A stretch of DNA of 64,000 nucleotides, from positions 4,128,001 to 4,192,000 of the forward strand of contig OZ251518.1 of assembly GCA_965242965.1 (NCBI GenBank), written 5' to 3'. The stretch comes from Candidatus Poribacteria bacterium (GTDB lineage Bacteria; Poribacteria; WGA-4E; WGA-3G). The number at the start of each line of letters is the position of its first letter. Position 1 is the stretch's first letter. The notes beneath the pieces were generated by a model. That model made no database searches. It had not been told where the DNA came from and was given only the letters and a program-made list of their open reading frames with translations. Shown piece by piece: positions 28,154 through 36,176 of the stretch. A program made the translations under genes and the position numbers.

Positions 28154-29923
28154 TTAATTATGCCATTGATAGGTGCCGCCGCCCGGACGACGCGCGCGAC
28201 AACTACCATTGCCTTTAGAACATTTCGTATATGTCAGACCGCAGCCGCTGCGGGTGCAAGTATAAGACGTTGCATGCCACGCAACAGCGGAGCTATTGCA
28301 ACTCCAATAACTATGCCCGGCACCACAGGTGCTTTGGTGGGCGGTTCGGCTGGAGGCGCGGCCGCCGGAGGTGCAGGCACCTGAGCCTCGCCATGTGTTG
28401 CCGCATCGGACAGTTGTCGGTGTCGATGTCGTTGGCGCAGCCGGCGCAGTGTCGGTGCTAGTTCCGCCATCAGCACCATCATCATCGTCATCACTACCAC
28501 CATCGTTATCGCCACCGTTGTTAGACGAAGCCTTGGGCTTCGTCTTTATCGTTCTGGGGGAACCCAGGCTGCTGCCAGCGGGAGGAATCCAATTGGTGGG
28601 CCGCCAATCCGCATGCACGTGCCCAGTAGTGTAAATTTTTCTATACCTGTGAGAACCGGCTTTCAAGGCGGCATCCTTCAGTGCTGTTCGATCCGCGGAA
28701 GTTATATTGCCATCACCGTTTGCATCCGGTAGCGACGTTTTTGATCCGTCGACTTTCCCGTTTTTGTAGACGATTTTTCCGCCGATATCTAGGGCGCAGC
28801 CGTATTGGTGCAGCCCGTGCGCTGATGTCGGGGGATCACCGGGGCCCACAATACAATAAACGTTGTGATGCGGATGCCGATAGCCGGATTTGACAATAAG
28901 GTCCGTTTTCGTAAGATTCACGCAGTGTGATGCCCAGGCGGCGCGCATGGAATCTAGGCCCAAATTGATCATATACGGGTAGTGTCCCCAATTGTAGACA
29001 CGGCCAGCATCAGTGGCAGTGAATTTGTCCCGGCTGGGAACCACGTTCCGGTTATGATCGACATACTCCTGTCGGAGGCCGTCTTTTTGGTCTTGCGTGA
29101 CTGTCAGCAACTTTGTGACCGTGCCGCCATCAGAGGTGGTACCGGTAAAGCGGATTGTCAGATACATTCTTATTGCATCTCTACCCGGATAATCTGTCTT
29201 GCTCCCCGGATCTGGCGGTTCCAGATTAGGGTTACACTCATTTTCTTCCTGATGCGCGTTGCCGTTCAGCGTGGCCTTGTATTTCCAGACTTTGCTGAAC
29301 CCAGACCCTTCTGGATCCGGGTCCACTGTGCTGCTATCAACAGTGAAACCATGGGACATTGTGACTGTCCAAGTTGCACCCGTGATTTCACAAGTGTTCG
29401 GCGGTTGACTGCCATCGTAAGTAACCTCTGCTTCCACCTCACAGGTTGTCTCTGTGTCGGTGATGAAGGTAGTCGCGATGGTTTCGCTGCTTTGTCCGAT
29501 AGTCAGTTTCTTGAACGTGACGGTCGGTGCTGTGCAACTCTGCTGCGGTTGCTGTCGTCTCGGAGTCTGTTCCCGCTGAGGCGTTTGACTCGTTGTCTGA
29601 CTCGTTGTCTGACTCGTTGTCTGACTCGTTGTCTGACGTGTCGTTGGTGCCGGTGTCGTTGCCTGCGCACGGTGCGCCTGCCCAGCATGCCGGGTTCGCG
29701 AGCCCGCATGACATCCCCAGTAGGCATGTTCTCCGCTAGGGCATCTGACTATGTGTTGGTACCGGTTGTTCCGAACCCAGCCGCCACGGTCACACGTGAG
29801 TCCGTACTTAGTAATCAGGCCACAGCGCACCCAGCGTGCTTCAACAGGTGCACTACTGGAGATACAGAAACAAATCGCGATAAATATCGCGAAACCTGCA
29901 TACCCAAAATATTTGCGGTTCAT
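28154..29923 (-). CDS. Secreted M15/LAS-type Zn peptidase with terminal Cys/His-rich repeat modules
   Basis: AAGGAG RBS before ATG 29923; signal peptide ending VEA; SGYR, H-x6-D (HQYGCALD) and HVH motifs; Thr/Gln and Asp/Gly linkers. Confidence 0.8.
   Translation of the reverse strand: MNRKYFGYAGFAIFIAICFCISSSAPVEARWVRCGLITKYGLTCDRGGWVRNNRYQHIVRCPSGEHAYWGCHAGSRTRHAGQAHRAQATTPAPTTRQTTSQTTSQTTSQTTSQTPQREQTPRRQQPQQSCTAPTVTFKKLTIGQSSETIATTFITDTETTCEVEAEVTYDGSQPPNTCEITGATWTVTMSHGFTVDSSTVDPDPEGSGFSKVWKYKATLNGNAHQEENECNPNLEPPDPGSKTDYPGRDAIRMYLTIRFTGTTSDGGTVTKLLTVTQDQKDGLRQEYVDHNRNVVPSRDKFTATDAGRVYNWGHYPYMINLGLDSMRAAWASHCVNLTKTDLIVKSGYRHPHHNVYCIVGPGDPPTSAHGLHQYGCALDIGGKIVYKNGKVDGSKTSLPDANGDGNITSADRTALKDAALKAGSHRYRKIYTTGHVHADWRPTNWIPPAGSSLGSPRTIKTKPKASSNNGGDNDGGSDDDDDGADGGTSTDTAPAAPTTSTPTTVRCGNTWRGSGACTSGGRASSRTAHQSTCGAGHSYWSCNSSAVAWHATSYTCTRSGCGLTYTKCSKGNGSCRARRPGGGTYQWHN
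29586..29637. repeat. 12-bp tandem repeat x4 (TTSQ linker)
   Basis: tgactcgttgtc repeated. Confidence 0.9.
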
Positions 29924-30117
29924 TGAAAAATTCTCCTTTTGATACGCGCGCCAAGAAGGCGCGCCGTTGATAAACATAATCTCTCTCTCCGCGCGAAACG
30001 TTCGCACGGCCCTGTACCTAGAGTTATGTCAAAACGTTCTGTTTTGACAGGTTAGTATTTAGGCGCAGGAGAGGCTTTCCTTTCCCACGCGCGACGGTAA
30101 CTGTCGGAGTTATGCTA

Positions 30118-30945
30118 CTATCTTTTTAGGACAGCGATAGCCTCCGCCACGCGCCGTTTACCATAAGGGCTCAGGGATTCCTTGGCAAGCAGCAGATTAA
30201 ATTTTGGCAGGATAATATGTTCAACGATGCCGCCTAGGTCTGCCCGGCGCTGCGCCCCGATTTGGCCTAAGATATCAGAGACAACATACAGGCCCATCGA
30301 ATCTTCTTTCGCTTTGAGTGCCTCGTCTAGATAAGGTATCAGATAGGGGACGGTGGGCGGCCCCATGGCGACGAGTGCTTCTTCAATAGGCTTGCCCGAG
30401 ATGGGGCTCTCGCACTCATAAGCGACGAAGACTTCAATAGAGCGCGGGTCGCGGAGGGCGGCGAGTTCCTCCAGCAGTATAATGAGATCTTCGGAGTTAT
30501 CCTCAGTACTTCCTTCCGGGGCAAGTTCCATCGGTGGTGGCATCAATTGCTGGACAAGCCCCGCCGTTCTCGGGTCTGCATTACCACCCCAGGCGAACGG
30601 GTTATCAGCGATGTAGTCGAGTTTCGCCCAGGCCTTAGCAACAGGATCCTCGGCATCCAGTTTGTCAAACCCTTCCGGTTTGACGGCCTCGTGCGGCCTG
30701 CCCGTGCTCGGTTCCCAGTCAACACTCGGTATCAGTTCGTCTCCACCGGTCTCGTTATCATGTGCATCATCGGCGTGCCACTCGTCACCGTGCCAATGAC
30801 CACCCGCTTGTTCTTCGGCAGGTGGTGCCGGCGGCACAGGCAGCGATGCATCAAACCGCTGCTTCTGCCATTCCGCATAGAAATAAATAGCGAGACAGAT
30901 AGCCAGCAAGATGCACAAGCCACTGATCAGCGTTTTCGGTTTCAT
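30118..30945 (-). CDS. Membrane-anchored protein with GHWHGDEWH motif and HEAT-like helical C-domain
   Basis: AAGGAG RBS before ATG 30945; TM; RFDASLP; LAALRDPRSIE, EALVAMGPPTVPYLIPYL and ILGQIG HEAT-like segments. Confidence 0.8.
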   Translation of the reverse strand: MKPKTLISGLCILLAICLAIYFYAEWQKQRFDASLPVPPAPPAEEQAGGHWHGDEWHADDAHDNETGGDELIPSVDWEPSTGRPHEAVKPEGFDKLDAEDPVAKAWAKLDYIADNPFAWGGNADPRTAGLVQQLMPPPMELAPEGSTEDNSEDLIILLEELAALRDPRSIEVFVAYECESPISGKPIEEALVAMGPPTVPYLIPYLDEALKAKEDSMGLYVVSDILGQIGAQRRADLGGIVEHIILPKFNLLLAKESLSPYGKRRVAEAIAVLKR

Positions 30946-30973
30946 GAGAAAATCTCCTTGGAACAGCACCTTT

Positions 30974-31459
30974 TCATCTCTCATATTGCCGAGTGAGGAA
31001 AAGGTGCTGTTCGTTCAGTGCTAACGTGATGCGCCGGTCGCCCTTTTCAAGGACAACCTGTTTCGGTTCAATCATAACCAAACGCCAGCCGTCTTGCCCC
31101 TCGTCTAGCGTCACGAAATAAACCCGCTGCGTGTCAACCGATTTCAGGACAGCTTGATAGTAACCAAGCGCGTCCTTCAAGACAGTGCCCACCAGTTGGA
31201 AAGGGACATCGCTTTTAACTTCAGCCTTCCAACCCAGAGGTAGGAACAGGTTATTATCAATAATCACCTGAAAGTATTCCGAGAGCTCTCCTTCCCCATC
31301 AGGAGAAGACCCCCGTTCAGATGACATTTCAGTTTCAGTTTGGGTTTCAGTCCGCTCAACAGAGACTACCTGTTGCGAGTGCCTCGGTTTCCGAGTCATG
31401 AACATGCCGCCGATTAGCACCAATAGGAGCATCACGATAGATGCAGCGATGGTTTTCAT
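30974..31459 (-). CDS. GspC/T2SS protein C N-terminal-like protein (short)
   Basis: TM helix, IIDNNLFLPLG, FQLVGTV..AVL..YFV..GWRLVMIEPKQVVLEKGDRRITLAL, resembling the GspC HR domain. Confidence 0.65.
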   Translation of the reverse strand: MKTIAASIVMLLLVLIGGMFMTRKPRHSQQVVSVERTETQTETEMSSERGSSPDGEGELSEYFQVIIDNNLFLPLGWKAEVKSDVPFQLVGTVLKDALGYYQAVLKSVDTQRVYFVTLDEGQDGWRLVMIEPKQVVLEKGDRRITLALNEQHLFLTRQYER

Positions 31460-31548
31460 CGCAGTCTGTTTTCTCCGTTTGTTGGGCGCGCGGTTAGGCG
31501 CGCGGTTGGTAAAACGTTTTCTAGGTACGCGAGCGATGTCGCGCGGGC

Positions 31549-32151
31549 TTAGTCGGCTTCTCCAAGATGCCGAATCTCAAAGGCGTAGACGCGCATTGTA
31601 GAAAATCCATTTCTCTCAAACTCTGCGTGTCTCGTGTATGCCGCAAGAAAACCGGTGAATTCATATTTCTGCCCCGATTGATAGGCTTCCGGAAGTTTCG
31701 GCAAGTCCATCGGACGTACGCGAATAGATGGATATCCCTCAAGCCACAATTCATCAACCTCTTCAGTGAAAGGGAAGGCAGTCCAGTCAGTCACAGACGT
31801 GCTGACATAATCAACAACGCCCGTAAAACGAACAAACCGGCCATCATTATCCCACAAGTTTGCGCGCAAGTCTCGCGAGCGGACCGTCTCAACCGCTGCA
31901 TTTTCCAGTGGTGAGAGTGTGACGTTAACGGGGAGTCCGTTTAGATCGTTTTGGAACTGCCCCACGTTTGTGGCGGTGTTGGCGGGTTCACCTTGTTCTC
32001 CGAATTGTGAGGCGACTTCCACCAAATCGAGAATGTTCACGATACCGTCGCGGTTTACATCGCCTGTGAGTTCAGGTTCAACTGCGACAAGGAGTGCACC
32101 GAGACTTAAAACCATCAGCGCAATGACGATGCAAAGTGTTTTGCGTTTCAT
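31549..32151 (-). CDS. Secreted protein with dockerin-like Ca-binding repeat
   Basis: GGAGG RBS; signal peptide; GDVNRDGIVNILDLVEVASQFG. Confidence 0.8.
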   Translation of the reverse strand: MKRKTLCIVIALMVLSLGALLVAVEPELTGDVNRDGIVNILDLVEVASQFGEQGEPANTATNVGQFQNDLNGLPVNVTLSPLENAAVETVRSRDLRANLWDNDGRFVRFTGVVDYVSTSVTDWTAFPFTEEVDELWLEGYPSIRVRPMDLPKLPEAYQSGQKYEFTGFLAAYTRHAEFERNGFSTMRVYAFEIRHLGEAD

Positions 32152-32164
32152 TTAGATTCCTCCG

Positions 32165-32641
32165 TTAGAACGTTCGTTTTGGTTGCGCGCGAGTCAACGC
32201 GCGCATACCGAAGATGCGTGGATGGGCACGGTGCCCGGCCATCTTCGTCTGTCTGAATCGCGGATTTACGAGATTATAGGAAAACATGCATCGGGCCAGT
32301 CCCAATGCAACACAAATAACCCGCCACGCAAAGAATGCGTGCGGGGTAGAAGACGACATGACGACGAAAGTCGCCGCTGTCAAGTGAATAAAATGTGCTT
32401 AACGCCTGTGGGTGTCGGGGGGGGTCGAGCCTCCCCTCCGGGCATTAAGGTGAACGGGAACTCGTGACGGCGCGACAACGGGCATAGACGCACGGCAAAC
32501 GTGCATCTCTCGGTACCCAAGCAGGTCTACGGCGACCTCATTAGCAATGGAAAAATCAATTCGCTGGTTCACGGTATTGTTCCTCGTGTTCGGTTTCGGT
32601 TTCGCGGTGGCGCGTTTTTTTTCGCGCGTATCACCACGTTT
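32165..32641 (-). ncRNA. Candidate large structured non-coding RNA / 5' leader (family not recognised)
   Basis: About 10 non-repeat hairpins in about 480 nt, no credible ORF, directly downstream of three tandem promoters. Confidence 0.55.
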
Positions 32642-32647
32642 GCAATT

Positions 32648-32677
32648 ATTATACACGAAAAATGCAATAAATGTCAA
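32648..32677 (-). promoter_or_regulatory. Sigma70 promoter P1
   Basis: TTGACA (32677-32672) - 18 bp - TATAAT (32653-32648). Confidence 0.75.
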
Positions 32678-32722
32678 ACATTTTTTTTGCGAAAAATCGT
32701 GGAAATGCTCACAATTAACCAC

Positions 32723-32751
32723 ATTCTACAAGAATTTCGGTTTTTTGTCAA
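32723..32751 (-). promoter_or_regulatory. Sigma70 promoter P2
   Basis: TTGACA - 17 bp - TAGAAT. Confidence 0.7.
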
Positions 32752-32825
32752 CGTTTTTCTGCGAAAAATAGTGAAAACAGTTAAATTCACGCGAAAAATC
32801 GCCAAAAATGTTTAAAACTGATTTT

Positions 32826-32854
32826 ATTTTAGCAAATGTCGCATTTTTTGTCAA
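32826..32854 (-). promoter_or_regulatory. Sigma70 promoter P3
   Basis: TTGACA - 17 bp - TAAAAT with extended -10 TG. Confidence 0.7.
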
Positions 32855-33035
32855 GGTTATTTCGCGAAAAAAAACGCTGCTGCTACCGTAGCGCGGGGGA
32901 CAGGCCCCCGCGATCTGCCGACCGAAACGAAAAACGTCCGCAGCCCAAGAGGCCATGGACGTTTTTTGAGATGATCGAGGCATGGCGAGGGACAGGCCCG
33001 CGCCCTACGTTTCGTGGCGCGATTTCCGCTTTTCC

Positions 33036-33971
33036 CTAAAACAACAAATTCTCCCCACTCACAGCCCGCGCCGACTCGCCGCCGAAGGTGAGATTGAATT
33101 GGAACCCAGGACGACTTATATACCCCAACTGAAATGCCAACGTGTTGCTGACCTCATAACGGAACGCTAACCCAATAAGGTTCGCGACGTTCAACCCGGC
33201 ATAAGGAAGTTCGCGCGAGAAATCGGCTACCAATCGCATGTTATCGGAAACGGCGACTTCCGCACCTACCTGCCAATTAAGCGTGAAGAAATCGGTGGTT
33301 CGCAGTGCTTTAGAAGTCAAGAACGCGCCTACACCCGCATGGACTTTGAAGAAATCGCCAAATCGCTGTGTGCCGACGAGATAGGTATTTAAACCGACAA
33401 ACGGGAAACTATCGGCAGGACTATGATCGAGAAATTCGTTGTCGGAGTTGAGCCTGTCATCGGCAGTGTAGCCGAACTGCGCGTCGCCGCCGATGGAGAG
33501 GCTCGGGAAGTTATCGTTCCGGTCTGGCTTGAGGTTATACTTCATGCCGATAATGCCTTCAAAAAGCGACTGCTCATAGACGCGCTGATTGGCGAGTTCG
33601 TCGTTATCGGTATTATAGAAATCGTGGATGACTTTCCGCACGCCGCCGGTTGAGAAAGTGCCGCCAAGCACCAAATCGAGTTGCTCGCTCAACCCGTAGG
33701 TGAATCTGACGGGGATGAGGAACGTCTCAATTTCCAGCGTCACCCGATGCGATTCCTCAAAACCGCCGATATCCACCCGTTGACTGTGGTCTGGGAGTAA
33801 ATCGACCTTGGCGTATTGGAAGAGTCCAAACGTCGTAGTGGAACCGCCTTTGCCCATCGGTTCGGCTGTCTGGATAGTGCTGAGTTGCGGGACAGGCGGG
33901 AGTTGTGCGAATAGCGGTGTCGTGATGCTGATGAGTATCAAACAGCAGATTTGCAATTTAAGATAGCGCAT
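33036..33971 (-). CDS. Putative outer-membrane beta-barrel protein
   Basis: Signal peptide; alternating amphipathic strands (VRFTYGLSEQLDL, AFRYEVS, FQFNLTFG). Confidence 0.65.
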   Translation of the reverse strand: MRYLKLQICCLILISITTPLFAQLPPVPQLSTIQTAEPMGKGGSTTTFGLFQYAKVDLLPDHSQRVDIGGFEESHRVTLEIETFLIPVRFTYGLSEQLDLVLGGTFSTGGVRKVIHDFYNTDNDELANQRVYEQSLFEGIIGMKYNLKPDRNDNFPSLSIGGDAQFGYTADDRLNSDNEFLDHSPADSFPFVGLNTYLVGTQRFGDFFKVHAGVGAFLTSKALRTTDFFTLNWQVGAEVAVSDNMRLVADFSRELPYAGLNVANLIGLAFRYEVSNTLAFQLGYISRPGFQFNLTFGGESARAVSGENLLF

Positions 33972-33989
33972 AATTTTTAGGTTTCCATG

Positions 33990-35078
33990 TTAGGGGCGCG
34001 CCTCGACGAGCGCGCTTTCATCGCGACGGCCATCGGGGCCGGGGGTATCATCGTATGCCGTGATGTAGTATCGCCGGAATTCAAGCGATTGCTCAACGAG
34101 AACCGGGTCTTCGCCCGGAATGGTGAAGTTGCGTTCTTTCCGTCCGACTGCGGGCCGCGGCAGGAGATTCCCCTCGGCATCTGCCGTGTAAAGTTGATAT
34201 CCCGCCAGGTCTGCTTCAGTGTTCGGTGTCCACGAAATCACCGCGTCGTATTTTGTGTTAAAGAGGGAGCGCGGTAAGTAGCGCACCCGCACGTCTTTCG
34301 GCGGTGCCGGCGGCAGATTCGGCACGGTAGCACTGAGTGTCGTCACGCCTTCTGCGCCGAATTCATCGACAGCGGCGATACGGTAAACTTTCCGAGTGCC
34401 GTCCGCCTCAAAATCGAAGTCAAAGTAGTAGTCTTTATCCCGTTTGATTTCCGCGAGCAGTCTAAAATGCAAGGATTTTTCCTCCGCGTCGTCCGTGTCA
34501 ACAGCGGCGTAGACGCGAAAGAGAGAAAAGTCATAAGGCACCTCATAGTCTCGCCAAAAAAGTTTGACGGTGAGGTCTGTCGGTTCACCGAGGGTGACAA
34601 CCGGTGATGGCGGTGGAACACTCGGCGTAGCGAACGCCGTTTTCCAGACGCGCAGAGGTTCCTCATCGGCGCGCGGCGGATTGTTTGCATCTGGGGTTTC
34701 AACGCCGTTGACATCGATGTAAGCGATGCGATATTCGTAGGCGAGGACGCGTCCGAGTGAATCACGCCGGTCGTTCTCCAGATTTTGGGTATCAATAAAT
34801 TCGCTCGCGGGTGCCTCCACATACCCGACCTCCGTAAAATCGGCATCGTCGGTGGCGCGGCGGTAGATGCGATACGCTTGGATGCCTTCCTGTCCGATAT
34901 CGTTCCACGTGACGCGCACCTGTTCGTTGCCTGCATAAAGGACGAGTCCGTCAGGCGCGCCGGCAGTGCGCAGGTTTTCTGCATCTAGCGGATTCGCGAA
35001 ATCTTCGTCGCTGGTGCAAGAAACCGCGAAAACGGCGAGGATGAAAAGCATGGGTATGCTCCAATTGTGATGTCTCAT
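33990..35078 (-). CDS. Fibronectin type III repeat lipoprotein
   Basis: Lipobox AVSC; NPLD; three FN3-like units (VTWN..YRIYRR; LFW..FRVY; ISWTPN.EADLAGYQLY). Confidence 0.8.
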   Translation of the reverse strand: MRHHNWSIPMLFILAVFAVSCTSDEDFANPLDAENLRTAGAPDGLVLYAGNEQVRVTWNDIGQEGIQAYRIYRRATDDADFTEVGYVEAPASEFIDTQNLENDRRDSLGRVLAYEYRIAYIDVNGVETPDANNPPRADEEPLRVWKTAFATPSVPPPSPVVTLGEPTDLTVKLFWRDYEVPYDFSLFRVYAAVDTDDAEEKSLHFRLLAEIKRDKDYYFDFDFEADGTRKVYRIAAVDEFGAEGVTTLSATVPNLPPAPPKDVRVRYLPRSLFNTKYDAVISWTPNTEADLAGYQLYTADAEGNLLPRPAVGRKERNFTIPGEDPVLVEQSLEFRRYYITAYDDTPGPDGRRDESALVEARP

Positions 35079-35125
35079 CGCATTTTCTCCATTAGAGTTC
35101 CTCATTTTCCCGTAGGCGGGTTGCG

Positions 35126-35632
35126 TTAAAAATAGTGCATCAATCTGAGGCTCGCGCGGCCCGTTTCCCACTCATACTGCGGTTGTAACAGCGTGGTGAA
35201 TCGGAACGGGGTCTGCTGCGCGAAGCTTGTTCCGCCGAGAATCCTATTTGCTTGTGGCGATGCAGGTTCGTCTGGCGTGTTCAATTGTCCATAAATCGAA
35301 AGCAACACGGCGAGCCCGATACATCCGTAGCCGACGCGCGACATGATGACGCTGCCGTTTTGCCTGGCAAGATAGGCATCCCGATGCGCTTGGATGTCCG
35401 ATTGGACCGCGGCACTGAGGTATTCATCGTATCGGTTTTGCGCAGACGTTTTGAGCATGCTGCCGCCGAATTGTAATCCGAGCCCGGTGGTTAACAGGAC
35501 GATGGGGAGCGTTCGTGAGTGGCGCGTTGCCGATGTCTGCCCACTTGCTAACACGATGATAAAGGCGCAGCAGCACGTTATTCGCAAGGCATTCAATAGG
35601 TGTTTCTTGTTCAAGTTTGTCTTCCTCCACAT
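35126..35632 (-). CDS. Hypothetical exported/membrane protein
   Basis: Signal-like N-terminus, two hydrophobic segments, C-terminal Phe; co-oriented with the two downstream genes. Confidence 0.65.
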   Translation of the reverse strand: MWRKTNLNKKHLLNALRITCCCAFIIVLASGQTSATRHSRTLPIVLLTTGLGLQFGGSMLKTSAQNRYDEYLSAAVQSDIQAHRDAYLARQNGSVIMSRVGYGCIGLAVLLSIYGQLNTPDEPASPQANRILGGTSFAQQTPFRFTTLLQPQYEWETGRASLRLMHYF

Positions 35633-35653
35633 ATCCGATATATGAAATTCAAT

Positions 35654-35984
35654 GAGGGTGTTTCATAAATTTGTTTCGGTAGTTATCGCCCCTGGAGGCG
35701 GGCGGCTACCGAGCCCTCTTGGTAGGGACGCTCGCGGGGGACAGGCCCCCGCGCTCCGGTAACCGGACGGTTTCTTGGCCGCAGAACGGCCCCCTTTTAC
35801 CGTAGGGCGAGGGCCTGTCCCTCGCCCATGCTGCGGTCCACCGAACCGCTCTGTCGTTCGGGTGCGCCTGCACCCGAACGAGTCTATTGCATCGAGACCG
35901 GGAGGGCTCTCCTACGGGATGCTCGCGGGGGACAGGCCCCCGCGCTACGGTAACCGGACGGTTTCTTGAGTTATGAAACCCCTC
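35654..35984. mobile_element. MITE-like element with TIRs and 3-bp AAT flanking duplication
   Basis: aat|GAGGGTGTTTCATAA ... TTATGAAACCCCTC|aat; interior REP hairpins. Confidence 0.7.
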
Positions 35985-36030
35985 AATTAAATAAAGTTTA
36001 ACGTATTTTTTTTGGAAAGTCAAGGATTTT

Positions 36031-36060
36031 TTGACTTAACGACGAAGAATATGGTATAAT
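36031..36060 (+). promoter_or_regulatory. Sigma70 promoter
   Basis: TTGACT-18 bp-TATAAT with extended -10 TG. Confidence 0.6.
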
Positions 36061-36176
36061 TAACAAATAGGCACTGTTTGAAACCGCGCCTACCGGACAT
36101 ATAGGTTAAAAAACCAGCAGTGCCACGAACTTTTCACACGCTCGGTTGTCATACTCTGCAGGAGGAAAGATAAATA

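Noticed and set aside
27576-29923. Prophage lysis cassette (M15 endolysin + holin-like ORF)
   Set aside because: The peptidase has a Sec signal and long accessory domains, a terminator separates it from the small ORFs, and no integrase or structural phage genes are present.
30060-30095. c-di-GMP-I riboswitch resemblance (GAAA loop, GCCTAAA)
   Set aside because: The GGCAAAC and GACGCAAAG core elements are missing.
32405-32445. tRNA/tmRNA-like T-arm (GGGAGGCTCGACCCCCCC on the minus strand)
   Set aside because: I could not build a cloverleaf with acceptor stem, and found no tag reading frame. Kept only as a sub-element of the candidate ncRNA.
32165-32983. Short ORFs overlapping the structured region and promoters (e.g. 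32183-32467, 32399-32722, 32547-32771)
   Set aside because: No clear RBS, no recognisable motifs, mutually overlapping, and they run through AT-rich promoter sequence.
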